Shown here: positions 37,435-54,888 of the stretch, in pieces
Numbering within the stretch: position 1 is the stretch's first letter
Layout: each line of letters starts with the position of its first letter
Assembly: GCA_000320545.1 (NCBI GenBank)
Contig: ADNK01002346.1
Span: 60,489-124,488, forward strand
Direction of reading: 5' to 3'
Length of the DNA stretch: 64,000 nucleotides
Source: Bigelowiella natans CCMP2755
Lineage: Eukaryota; Protista; Cercozoa
Made by a program: the position numbers and the translations under genes
The notes under the pieces: model-generated
What the model saw: the letters and a program-made list of their open reading frames with translations, nothing else
The model's database searches: none
Told to the model about the DNA's origin: nothing

Positions 37435-39584
37435 GGGGGATAATGAACATAAACTCCCAACACTGCAACGAACCAGACCGTTCATAATACCTGTGTGTGA
37501 ATGTTATGGCTGACTTTGCTTTGCATCTTCTGAAACGCCTCAAAACGCTGCATGGCCTTTAATCGCCTATTCCTCTCCTGAGAACCACCAACGTGTGAGC
37601 AGCACGCAACCATCGAAAACAACGTTTGTAATCCAGGTGTTTTGTCTTGAGAAGAAGAATCACCTACTACGTTCATTCTACTACCTCAAGCCTTCTTTTC
37701 TCTTCATATCCTTTGGGGTAGCTCTTTTCCTGTATGCACGACAATTTTATGCTGCCATGATCCATCAATAACATTTATCTGATGGGTATCCGCTGCATAC
37801 TCTTTTTTGAAAGAAATCAACGTGTTTTCAGTCGGAATTGTTACCTGCATCCATGCAGCCTTAGCACTCTTTACCTCGTTTACCTTTCTCAACGCGCAGT
37901 TTTGACATACATCGAAGTCTGTTTCCTATAATCAACCAATGGAGCAGCAAATATCCAATCAATCAGCTACATCTTATCCTGATAATGCTGCTATTAAACT
38001 AACATTACATTATAGCTCATACCCTTAACGCTATTATGATGCACTTTCATCGTATTCTTCTTCTTCTACTATCCAAACTGTTGTTACCCTGCAGCTCAGC
38101 GTCCTATGACCAGCACTAAGCTGTGAGGGAGGAGGAGGAGGAGGAGGAGGAGGAGGAGGAGGAGGAGGAGGATGATATAGTCATTAAACAAAGCCATGAT
38201 GATGTCGACATTGCAACAAAAAATCTCGTTTCTTGCTTCTTCAGTTCATCGTGTTTATTATGATATTCTGATTTTCATCATTATCACTAATCAGAATGTT
38301 ACTAAAAAGTAGCTTAACGTGTTCGTTGCACACCCCAACTCCGCAAAGGTCACAATTCAGAATCGTTTTCCCCTCCCTCACTATTATGGAAGGGAAAAGC
38401 TTGCAATTTTTGGGACAGGCTATTCCTGGAATTGGTGGTACTGCATCCCCCACAGGGATCTAAAGAAGTGGTTAATAGCATTGGGTTGATTTAAGGTTAA
38501 CAATAAAACAAATTTATCTCAAAATAGATGGATAGATTACTGATAAAAAGGGAAAAGATATTAATTAAGTCAGAGCATCATCAAGACTATGAAGTTCGAA
38601 AATGCGAGTTGTTACAGTGATAGGCCACTTTGAGGGATGAATATTCTTCAACTTCGCTTGTATATCCAAAGGAATAGGCTCTTTCTCAAGGGACAGGGGC
38701 GGAAGATTCGCTGGTTTTGGTGGTGGCGGTGCGGATGATGATGATGAGGAGGATGGCCCGGGTGAGAGATTGATCGTAACTCCCACAGGAATATCCTATT
38801 GTTGATCATTGCTCATGCACAGTTCTTGTCTTATCATAACGGTTTTTTTGTCTCTCAGAAAGAGGGAATCTTTTCATCACACACACACACACGCACACAC
38901 ACATACACACACAGTAATTCACTGCGCAATCTCGTGTGATCTTCCTGGATCGCCTACTTCTCTCTCCGTTATCTTCGTATACCGGAGGTAGTTGCACTTG
39001 TATAACTTGGCCATTCGGAAGCTTCAAATTCAATTTGCTCCCAGGCCAGCCCTCTTTCACTGTCAAGGATACTACCAAATACAAAAAGCTGTACATTAGA
39101 AAAACCAGAATACATTGGAACTAACATGGAAGACAATAAATATTTTAATAGGATACATCAATAAATTCATTATGAATTTACTTTTGCCATCGGGGGCTAT
39201 TGGTGGAGATTCGATTTCAATAGAGCCAGAAGTGGAAGGTCCATTATTAGCGGTTCCCGTGTTGTTAGGCGGCCGCAAGTTTACTAATTCACAAATTCAG
39301 ATTTAGAGACTCTCAAAAAAGTTTATGTTTTCCCCCGAAACAATACCTCCCTGGGATTGTAAGAAGCCACCCGCAGTCTGAAGTGCTTCCTGCAGGGAGC
39401 CAACTCCCGGCTCAATGCCACATATTCCTATTGCAAGCTCTCCTACGTGATTAATTGCCGAATGAATTCGTAACTAATGCTGTCACACGACGAGCGCCAA
39501 AATTACAAAACCTTGTTCTGCAGTTGCTCCACATTCCATAAGGATCTCGATGAGCCTCCCCACGGTCCATGGTGAGGCCGACAT
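30256..39584 (-). CDS. Large multi-exon protein: UBA-like N-terminus, ZZ-like Zn finger, low-complexity region, CLU-like domain, TPR repeats, C-terminal UBA
   Basis: CLU-like motifs GGLAGGEKF, KFAVD, AAKVALNE, IVYGSAD, AADIEGH, DGRFYLIDLARLFP and LFRPE in 33156-34805. Kinesin-light-chain-type TPRs (HPDVGTAKINLG, VAELYANIG) and a UBA (VEQIKAMGIQ...ALLSADGDISTAVAILL) in 30256-33082. CDLC...CR|ETDFDVCQNC at about 37900-38360. Joining the exons upstream of 36800 to this gene is inferred. Confidence 0.75.
38128..38172. repeat. (GGA)n microsatellite in an intron
   Basis: Seen directly. Confidence 0.95.
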
Positions 39585-40276
39585 TCCCTAGAACAACGTG
39601 GCTGCCGAATCGAGGAAATTCCTACCCGTGCAGATGTAATCTCATCATATGCTCAAACAATACGAAGAGCATGCTCAAATCCAGAAATAGTCCGATAACT
39701 GTAACCGGTCCCAGCCCCACACACCTAATGGAGAGCTCAGAGCGAAGCCTCGCGTGCGAATTTGGAACGGTGTGTGAGCAGCCTCCTCTCCCCTTTCTTT
39801 CTCCTTTTTCCTCCTCGCAAGTAGTCGTACAAATCTTGAAACTACTACGGGTTATTCTAGAAGGTAAATAGAACATGGAAGAAGGGGATTTCACCACTGC
39901 GTCAACAAAAATACCATGTCGCATAAATAAGTCGCTGTGTCAGATGATGGGGTACCGGTTGCTACCCCACTCTCACCACAAAACAACGACACGGCTCCGC
40001 GGAAGAGATACTGCTGTCATCAAGTAGCATCATTTCCATCGAAAAGATATCTTGGGAATATCTGCGGATATTTGCTTGCCGCCCAAAAACAATAACTACA
40101 GCTCATGTGTTGGAACAGAGGGTCAACGAAATATGTATATTTATCATACGGAAAATATCCTAATAAACCTACGTTTTCATGAGCCTACTACTTCCTGTCA
40201 AGCAAGCAGATTCGGATTATTCATAAGTCAAACCCTTCACCTCGGAACCTCAAGCAGCCCACGCTTCATAGTTTCG

Positions 40277-45241
<4,965 letters not shown>

Positions 45242-45729
45242 TACCTTTAAACTGCATGACAACCAAACGAAATAGAGAATTTTATTAATAGACAGTACTA
45301 ATTATTTGCGTCAACGCCGACTAATGTGTTGTTCAGGATATTACTGTATCTGATGACGGGATCCCGGCACATCATACAGTGAAGGAAACGATGTAGTTAG
45401 TAGTAAGTAGTAGTGAGTTATAGTAGAAGTTGTGAAAAGTGTAGTCGTAGCTAGTTTTCGACATGAGAAGTGAAGTTGAGCAGCAGTGTTCATTTGCATG
45501 ATTCTTCTAAACATAAACATAAGTTGCTCCAGCAAGAAAAGAGTCATTGCCGTTACTGTGAATACTGCTCCTCTTATAAAATATATTGTCGAAATTTGCT
45601 GTTTGGGTTGGCTTGCTGGTTATTTGGAAATAAACGCTGATCTTCTTCGTTCCCTTCTTGATTCAACCAAGGTTGCCACTGGTGTATGTGGCTTCCACAT
45701 AGTAACTAACAAAATAATAATGCTCATGA

Positions 45730-46560
45730 AGATATAATTGCATGAATTCTTGATCCGAATCAACAGCTATCCATGCGCTCGAATGAACGAGTTGCATGCA
45801 TTGAGCATAGTACTTACCTCTAAGCACTAGCTAGCTAGAGCAACTATGCTAATTTCATTGCCTATCTAGATATCATGATTCTGCTTGTTTTGGTTATATG
45901 GTGTTAATTGCTTGCAAATGCCTGTACGTATATATCGCCATGTTAGGTCATCAGTAGCGCTAGTGCCTGCTGCTAATGCTGTCGTTACGTTGTAGCTGTA
46001 ATTATTGCTGGCCTCGTAAGCTAACGCCGCGCACAACAAATGCCAATATATGCGATTCTACATGTAGATCAACGCGATGAGCCTGGCTAGCTGGCTAGCT
46101 GGTGCACCTACTACTGTATGCATAGCAAGATAGGGTCAAAGGTAGTGCAACATAGTACACTTCTGGACTGCTAGGCCTGCGTATTCGCTAATAACACCTG
46201 CCACAACGTACGTGCGTCTGCTAGCTAGACGCACTCATATGCATACGCGTCTGCGCCGCAGCGGCAATATGGATATCAGCTTGCATGCGTAATCCGCCTG
46301 CCCGTGACACCCGTCATATGAATACAGCATTACTAAAAACGTCAAGTTTGCCATGTAACTGGATACTAGCTAGCTTGACGAGCATCGCATCTTATATATT
46401 TGACATATTGTAGACCCACATTATTGAAGTTATGTCATCGATGCCAGACTTGCTGTTGATAGGCTTAAGCAGTTGCCATTTGATTTTTATCTAAAATTTT
46501 TAGCTAGATCTAGAGATTCCAACACTAGAACTGTCAAATGAAGTGTATTATCTGTGTATG
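45730..46560. other. CTAG/CATG-rich intergenic tract between convergent genes (weak signature)
   Basis: ctagctagctag, gctagctggctagc and tgcatgca words, but many ordinary TpA remain. Confidence 0.5.
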
Positions 46561-46597
46561 CATGTATCAGTGTTCACATATCGGCATCGCTCTAGAG

Positions 46598-47694
46598 CTA
46601 CGCAACCACGGGCATTTTATAATCTCGGTAAGTTCCCAGAAGCTTGTCCCACACCATGAAGTACTGAGCGTAGTTGCACTGAGGGAGGAGGAGGAGGAGG
46701 AGGAGGAGGAGGAGGAGGAGGAAAACATATCATCGTTAGGCTTGGAAAGTTGTGTTTTTCCTTGCATATTTCAGAACAATTTAGCACGTCGTATCAGAAA
46801 TGAATGCACATGTCTTCGTAATATCAGTCGAAGGACATACACACCTTGGGGAAACGATGATGCATCTCATGAGCTCGCACAGAGTAATGGAATCCCAGCC
46901 ACGAAAACGACACGTCGTAGCGTCTTTATTAAAAAAAAAACAGATATACAGCAATAAGATAAAGAAGAATTCGCATGTGTGGAGATAAACTTACGTGTGG
47001 TTCAGCATTGCGAGAGCCGCATATATTCCGAAATATATTAAGATGGTAGCTGCATGAAGCGTTGTGATGTTAGCCGTCACGTATAGTGCACACCACACGC
47101 ATCCCATTCCAATAACCTAGCCGACAATAGATAAACAATCAACTCTTGGCATCAACAATAAGGGAAAGCATTGTTTAGCAGGATCTCTACTACTACCTGT
47201 TCGACAGGATGCTCATTGCCTGCGTCTGGATATCCTCTAGAAGGAAGGTTTTGGCGATGATGATGCTTGTGCACGTACTTATACAGAAAATCTGTGTGCA
47301 TGAGAAGATGCGCCGGTGTATAGATTAAGTCGTCAAATAAAAATATAAGGAACATCGCCGGGATGGTGTTAAAGAACCCTAAGTCCGACAAACTCCGGCC
47401 AACATTTGGAGATGTGAAGGCGTATGATATTATTCCAAGCATGAAGATGTATTCGATTACGCTGTTTATCGAAAGATAAACATAATCTATAGTTTGGAGA
47501 GCAGGGAGTCCTTTCACTACACCAGTAGTAGGTAGTTTCTTTGCTCCGGAGGCAGCAACTACAGCTTGCACGGTGTGATCCCAAACTGCCAAAGCAGCTG
47601 TTTTGGCCAAATAACCCCCGACCCACTGGAGGAGTGTGAGATTTAGGGGGTTAAATATGTCATAGTCAGGGGAGGATGCTGCACTGTCAATCAT
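46598..47694 (-). CDS. Fatty acid hydroxylase / sterol desaturase superfamily protein, 4 exons
   Basis: His boxes DLIYTPAHLLMH, YKYVHKHHH, HPVEQ, MLNHT and AHEMHH, and C-terminal NYAQYFMVWDKLLGTY. Confidence 0.93.
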
Positions 47695-48759
47695 GGTTGC
47701 GTTGTGGTGTTTAGCCTTCGATCTCCCCCCTTCCCTGAAGAGCAACTCTCTCGTGAGCCTACGTGGTCTGCGTGCCTGAAGGGTGAGACGAAGAGATTTT
47801 GGGTAAGGGAAATGTAGACAAGATTTTATCGGGATAATATCGGATCATTGAGCTACAAACTCTATGGAAGTCGAAGGGAAAAAAATCATGATCATTCCGA
47901 TGGCAACGCGTGACCACCATCCATGCCGGTACTGCCCGCTTTTAAGGGGAACACGCGATTTCGATATCCTGAGAACTCTGAGAGATTCCATATTTTCATT
48001 GACGGGGATTTTAGAAGTGCCGGGCAGTGATAGATACAATGTAAACTATCGGGTAGTAACGGGAAATGTAATGGTACTACCGGGTACTGCCGAATGGCAG
48101 CTGTGGATTTGTACCCGTTGAGCTTGTAATAACAAAGCGTTGCAATGGAGCACGCCTGCAAACCAAGCTCTGCTCCACGAGGAAAGTGAAGGACAAACTT
48201 CAAAGCGCACGAGGACGTTGGACTCTGTTTTACAGCGTTCGAATCCATAGTTGATCGAGGACTAGTAAATTCCCATATGGAGGAAGATAACAAAACCGGG
48301 AGTGCGGATGAAGACCGCAAAAATCTAAGCCTCATTCTCGATGTAAATTTATTCCATGTCTTGTGTGTGATGCTGTAGCTATGTCTTGATTTATTACATG
48401 CTGGTGGGTATTAGGATAGCCAGAGCGGTATCGAAGGCTATTCATCGTTGGACGCGCCGAGCGACAACCCCCTAAAGTTGAAATGACACTACAATAGATA
48501 ATAACAATGCGGCAAAAAAAACAATGTTCAGAAGAGTGAGGATGCAATATAATCATAAGTATATGCAACCATTTACTCAAGATCTAAGTTCAACTTTATT
48601 ATTTTGTTTGTGAAACAAAATCTAAATTGATGCAGCGACATCTGCAATCATAAGACAATATGTTTGTTGGAAAAGGTCGCTTCGGGCACCATCTCCTGCA
48701 GATACGGTCTCCGTCTCCTCCATGAACCATTTCGACAATATGAGTGCAACTTCTACTGT

Positions 48760-48828
48760 CCCAAGTTATGCTCCTTCTGGAGCCCCAAGTCATGCTCCTT
48801 CTGAGGCCCCAAGTTTTGCTCCTGAGGG
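48760..48828 (+). repeat. 24-bp tandem repeat (about 3 units) that would encode PSYAPSGA/PSHAPSEA/PSFAPEG; possibly a gene remnant
   Basis: ccaagttatgctccttctggagcc ccaagtcatgctccttctgaggcc ccaagttttgctcctgag. Confidence 0.7.
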
Positions 48829-49553
48829 GTATATAATAAACATGCAAAATGAATCTCTGTATGTATGCTCCGTTATACCAGCAGGCACAGTAGCAACTGT
48901 GTCGTCGCGTAATATAGCCTTGAACTGGGAGGAGAAAGGACGTTAGATATTAGTGGTTAGAAAGTGGTTTTCTCAAAAAATTGAATTCTTTCACACCGCT
49001 TGAAAATTGTTCTCCCTGATACCTCAAAATACTTCGTATATGGGGTTCCCTCTCTGTGTCTAACTACACCGTGATATAATGCGAAAAAATTAGGGACGAT
49101 TTTAACATAGGCGATGACATTAGCTGGTAGGCATGATGACAGCAGCAAATACACACACACACACACACACGCGCGCATGCGCGCGCGCAAAAGACTTAGT
49201 TATGGAACACTATTTCAAACATCAACAGAAGATCCTACAGCACATATTGAATTGTTACGGTACTAAGTCAATATTCAATTTTGCTGCTATGGTGTGGATA
49301 AAGTTTTGTCCAAATTTGTATGTGAGAAAGGAACAGTATCTATCATTTTTAGGATTATAGTGACTTTTATCAGATATCCATTTGAAAACTCATTTCCTTG
49401 CTTGCGAAATGCTTCTTGATCTTAGTGCCCCTTTGGATGATGAAACCGAGCCACCAGGCAAGGAGCTTCTCAGGTTGCAGAATTAGAAGTAGAACAAGGA
49501 TACCTTAAGTTGAACATTTAATACGCACACACAACTATCATAATAATACTTAA

Positions 49554-51633
49554 ATGCGCGTTCCCCTTGCGCGCGCATATAAAATCGTAGTGCAAAGATG
49601 CCAAAGAGTATTATCCCTGGAGAATCGTCGATGGCAAAGGTGAGCTTCATAATTCCAATGTATCGCTTACATGTTGAAACTAAGAGTGTAGATCGAAGCC
49701 AGTGCTAAGAACTATTGTCCTAGCCACTTCACTTTCATTACTACAACATCAGACTGCGTCACAAGAAACGGTTGAAGAGGGAGGTACAGGATCAGAGGAA
49801 CCCTCCTCCGGCATATTCGCAAAAAAGGAGAAAGATGAAAATAAGGAGGGGAGCAGGAGTATTCCAAAAATGGAAAATCACTCGAAGGAAACCGTTGGGG
49901 AGAAAGTTGAAGAAGTGAAGGGAAAGGAGGAAGAGGAATTCATATCGATATCGGTAGGGCAAAAACAAGCATCCATCGGCAACTCAAAAAATGAAACTGA
50001 TAACAAATGCGATCCTCCTGATGCTATGGTTGGGCAATCTAGTACCCGAGGAGAGACTGTTAATCTCACCGATGAAACCAGTCAAGATGTTTACGAAGGC
50101 TTTAAAAAATATGTGAAAGGAGAAGATGTTATCACGGACAGCCACCGAGCAACTCATGACAGTGATGGCAAATATAAATTCAACTTCATTGAGTTGTTTG
50201 CAGGCATTGGAGGGTTCAGGTCTGGACTCGAGGCAATAGGCGGACGGTGTGTATGGGCATGTGAGAAGGACAGAGCTGCACGTCTAACCTATCGAGCTAA
50301 CTTTGTACAAAATCCCTACTACGACATTAAAGCGGCTGATCTCTCAACTATACTTCCGTTTGATGTCCTAACCGCTGGATTTCCATGCCAAGACTTCTCT
50401 TCCCTTTCCGATCAAAAGGGAGTGCAGGGCAAGAAGGGGGCATTATTCTGGGAGGTCATCCGTGTTCTTAAAGAGTGTAAACCTCCTGCCCTCTTCCTGG
50501 AGAATGTCAAAGGTCTAGTAACTATGCGGAAGGGAAAGACGATGGAATCTATCCTCAATGCCCTCCAAGAGTGCGGTTATTTCTGCACATATAAGCTTAT
50601 GAACAGCAACAGTTTAGTACCACAGGTCCGGAATAGGGTCTACATAGTCGGTTTTCGAGATCGTGCAACTTTTAAGCGCTTTCGCTTTCCCCACACTCCC
50701 TGCATTAGCCCCTCTCCTGCAGTTGGAGACGTGCTTCAATCGAACGATGAGGATAAATTTCTCGAAATCTTTCAGCTAAGCCGATCCCAATGGAAAACTG
50801 TGCGGGAATCTAGAGGCACAATAAAGTATGGCCTCAGAAAACGTCTTCTTATGCTTAACGACACCAAAGAATGTGCTGATACGTTGCTTAGAAACTATCG
50901 AGTGTCATGGAGGAACATGGCTCAGTTTGTTGTCGATGAAAACTATGATTTCAACGAAGAAATGCCAGGAAGAGCTCGGTGGTTCACGCCACGTGAATGT
51001 GCCCGCCTCATGGGATTTCCGGACGGATTCAAGATTCATCCTGATAGGTGGGAGAGCTACAAGCAACTTGGTAATGCTGTTGTTCCCGGTTTTGTTACTT
51101 TGATAGGAAGCTTGATCGTGGGTGCCATGGAAGGAGGCTCAATTGAAAACGGGAGACTCGAGAAACACTACATCCGCGGTGCAAGAAGAGCATTGGAGCT
51201 TGTGCGGAATTCCCGTCATCCTGGGCGTGTCGAGCAGTTCCTCGCTCGCAATCTCAGTCTTCTCGAATTAGATACGCAACCACACAAGGAAGGAAAGGGA
51301 GATGTCAATGGCAGTCAGGAGAAATTGAGGCATCCAGGATCACACCTCCCGATTCAGAACTCAAAATCGCGACGTCATCTGTTCAAGGGCACAATCGGTG
51401 CATTTGTTGAAGACGACAGTTGCAAGACAAAGCGTGCAGATGGAGTCTCTCCTGAGGATTTGTCATCTTCATCAAAGTCGTCATCTTGGACATTTCTCCC
51501 ATCAATGGGAGGCTCATCATTTCCGTTTTCGATTGGCTTTCTGGCAGGTTGTATCGTCTCGGTGTCGCTTTTAATTTGGCGTACCCGCAGTGGTGGTGGC
51601 AGCAAATTTGAATTCCAGGACAAGTTTTGGTGA
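49554..51633 (+). CDS. C5-cytosine DNA methyltransferase of bacterial (Dcm/HhaI-like) type, 2 exons (49554-49639, 49692-51633)
   Basis: Motifs I FIELFAGIGGF, II ACEKD, IV AGFPCQDFS, VI FLENVKGL, VIII PQVRNRVYIVG, TRD DTL, IX RWFTPRECARLMGFP and X YKQLGNAVV. A 52-nt intron (gtgagc...tgtag) joins ATG 49554 in frame to the 643-aa ORF, which has no early ATG of its own. Confidence 0.93.
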
Positions 51634-51659
51634 TGAATGACCATGACCATGAACAATCA

Positions 51660-53370
51660 ATACTCACTCATTTTGGTTTGCATGCGCGCATCGTGTGCAC
51701 GGCGTCACGCTCTCTAGCTAACTCTGCGCAACAGACGAAAATCGTCTGATTTAGAGATCGATGAATACAGCGTGCTCGTGCAACGACGGACGCGAGTGCA
51801 AGCGGGCACCTGTTCGCTGTTCCAAGCATCAGCATGCATGCATCATCTCATCGTGCAATCATTGCATGTGTGGTGGTGGCGGGGTCAGGCTCAATGCAAC
51901 TAGCTGTGCCAGCATGTCTGTACGTACTTGCATCACACAACCGTGCGTACGACTACACAACTTCACGTGCCTTCGAACTCAAGACTCATGGGCCCTGTTG
52001 GCCTCACGTGGCGAACTTCACGATGAAGCCGCACGCGTGCGCGCACAGCTGCCACCGTCATTAGCAAATGAGACCTGCAATGGCAACAGTGCCAAGATTG
52101 ATCATGATGCTGATGCACCAACGAATGTGATCGAGAGCGAACCGAACTTGATGGGGAAAATAGAAGTCAGTTGTTCAGTTGTGATTGCCAAGTCTAGAAG
52201 TCCCTTTGTTTGCGAACACGTTCATGTCAAAGCAACTGCTGAGGAAGCAATCCATGTTGTTGACTGTCTAGCTGTGCCGCACGAATGCGCTTCAGTGACG
52301 TTGCTCTGTGCTAGATTGATTTGTCCTCTCAATGCCAGACTAGCAGAATGGCATGAAGCTGCCCAACTAGCCAAGTTGCCGACACCAGTGACACAACGCA
52401 CACAACAATGCGCGATTGCGCAATTAGCGATTGCGATGCTGAATGAATCGAACACAAAACGTTGTGCGTGCTGTGCACACGGCGTCTGCACGTGTGCGGT
52501 GCACATGGCCTTTCCAGCTTTGCACGAGTGAGTGAACCAGTGAAGAGGTATAGAGGTTCCGTGGGGCATTGATCGTTGAACAAGGAATTGAGCATTGCTA
52601 GATTGGTGCATGGACATGCATGTCCCCATGCGTGTAGCCGTCTGCGACATGTGTACATCACGCACTTAGATCACATGCGCCCACAGCTACACATGTGCCA
52701 AATGATGGCGCTCACATGCACATTCGGTGCATGTGCAGTGGCTTGTTTGGTGCATGTGTGGACATGAACAGAGCATGTGTGCTTTTTGGCACACGTGGTG
52801 TGCATGGCTAGATGGGTGCATGTGTTCCTCACGCGCACACGTGCATGGACACACATGTCCCCACATTGGGGACTCGGGACCACCACAGGTTCCTCCACCA
52901 GTCCAGCTAGCCAGTGCACAATGAACGATGAACAAAGCATTGGTGCAAAACCACACGAGCAAGAACCACATGCCAGCACGGGAGACACACACAACACACG
53001 CAGCAGTGCCTCAACCAAAATCATTTCGAGGACTTGGTCAGCACCCTGTTGGTGGAGAGTGACACAACCATGACCAGCTGACGTCCCACAGCAACTGAAC
53101 CAGTGAAGCTAGGAAGCCAAGAAGTGCTCAGTCGCAGCTAGGTGAAACCATCTGTCAACCATGACTTGTTGGCACAGCTACCTGTAGAGTGTGTCCGTGT
53201 TCTAGCTGAACATTGAACATTGAACATTGAATTTTCAATTGATGCAAAACCACACGCGCAAGAACCACATGGGAAACAAGCATCACACGTGCAGCAGCGC
53301 CTCAGCAAAAATCATTGACTGCCAGACTGGGCAATTGGTTCCGAAGTGAGACACAACAGGAGCACACAAA
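51660..53370. other. Strongly TpA-depleted intergenic tract
   Basis: Hand count for 52021-53340: about 22 TpA, of which 11 CTAG, 7 other xTAG, 2 CTAC and 2 neither. Confidence 0.85.
52941..53316 (+). repeat. Degenerate direct repeat, two copies of about 80 bp (52941-53025 and 53240-53316)
   Basis: tggtgcaaaaccacacgagcaagaaccacatg...gcagcagtgcctcaaccaaaatcatt versus tgatgcaaaaccacacgcgcaagaaccacatg...gcagcagcgcctcagcaaaaatcatt. Confidence 0.85.
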
Positions 53371-53472
53371 TTCTTTCTTCTAAAGATAAATACCCTCGAC
53401 ATGCATCCTAAGACAACAAATATCCCATGTCGCACATCAAAAACCGGTCTTTCACATTCCGACAGCTGTCGC

Positions 53473-54440
53473 ATGGAACCCGACCCGATGTGGACGTGTG
53501 CTATGTGCGCCTTCACGAATCATAGAGTCGATTCAAGTACATATTTATACATTCGTTAATGCAATCAATAGGCATGGTTTTCGTGCTGCCACGCACCCTG
53601 TTATATTTGTGACGAACTAATTTCGCTCGGGTTAATGGCGTGGTGCCGGTGATTTTCCTTTCAATGCACAATGTAAAAATTAGAATGCGGGGGATGCGGT
53701 GCGCCACAGACTGTGCGGATTCTCAAGGAAGCTGGTGAACAAAAGGGAAAAACCAACCCTGTTGTCATTCGAAAGAAGGTCAACTGAAAACATTACGTGG
53801 CGTGCGTGCGTGCGTGCGTGCGTGCGTGCTCTGTCGATACTCAAACATACATCTTTCGTGTTGACGAAGAAGAAAACGTGAATGAATAAAACGTACAAAC
53901 TAGGTTCCAGCGCATCTGTGGATTTGCCGAATATGCGAGACAGGTGAGTGTGAGTGAAGTTCGTTGCAAAAATCCAAGTTCAGCGTCTTGATTGAGCTTA
54001 TCATAATATTCTTGATATATTATGTAGAGAATGGCCTTCGTCGTGAGGTTTGCTACAACTGCAAAAGACCGAAACCTACGGTAGCATTATGAGAGGCATT
54101 CATATGGCTACTAAGCAAAGTTCATATAAATAGTACATGCACAAACATAACACAGACTCACTGAAAGCTATAACATCTTCGTTCTGTGTCTCTTACCTCC
54201 ATACCGAACAGGCTGCTCAAAAGAAAAGGCAACAGAAGTCACAGGAAAAGCACAATAAGGTTGATTACTTTTACACGTCTACCACGATATATATTGGTCA
54301 ATCCAATCTGTAACATGGAGGCAGATTTTGAACTGTAATTTATTGCTAACAATAAAAGAGTAATAGAGAACTGTCAATTAAACATACCCACACACACACA
54401 CACACACAACACATATACACAAACGATAATAAAATCAATA

Positions 54441-54474
<34 letters not shown>

Positions 54475-54580
54475 GTTAATGTGACCTCCTCCTAGATTGT
54501 AGTCGCAAAGAGAAAGGCTTTTCTTCTCAAGTTGGCATCTTTAGCACTTGCCAAGGTCGGCTTCGTTCCCGTCAGATTAA

Positions 54581-54618
<38 letters not shown>

Positions 54619-54815
54619 TCTATCAACGTTCATTACGTGACCTCCTCCTTCTCTTTTGCATAATCACCATTATAGGTGAGAATAAATGCAAAAGCTACTC
54701 TCCAAGACTTTGGCCAGGCTGCTCGGATAGTCACGGAATTGTAATATTGCGATATGAGGGTGGGGGAGAGGGGTGTGGCTACATGCATATTTATATCAAG
54801 TCTACTCTTATTATA

Positions 54816-54888
<73 letters not shown>

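Noticed and set aside
48760-48828. Possible CRISPR-like array
   Set aside because: Contiguous 24-bp units without spacers, in a eukaryotic context, with no cas genes.
51761-52531. 256-aa ORF and overlapping Cys/His-rich ORFs in other frames
   Set aside because: It has no Tyr and no recognisable domain. Long frames on both strands are the expected by-product of losing TAA/TAG/TAY codons in a TpA-depleted tract.
49554-53370. Idea that the adjacent C5 methyltransferase causes the TpA-depleted tract
   Set aside because: 5mC deamination yields C>T, not loss of TA. Similar tracts occur throughout the window, so adjacency is uninformative, and the enzyme looks organelle-targeted.
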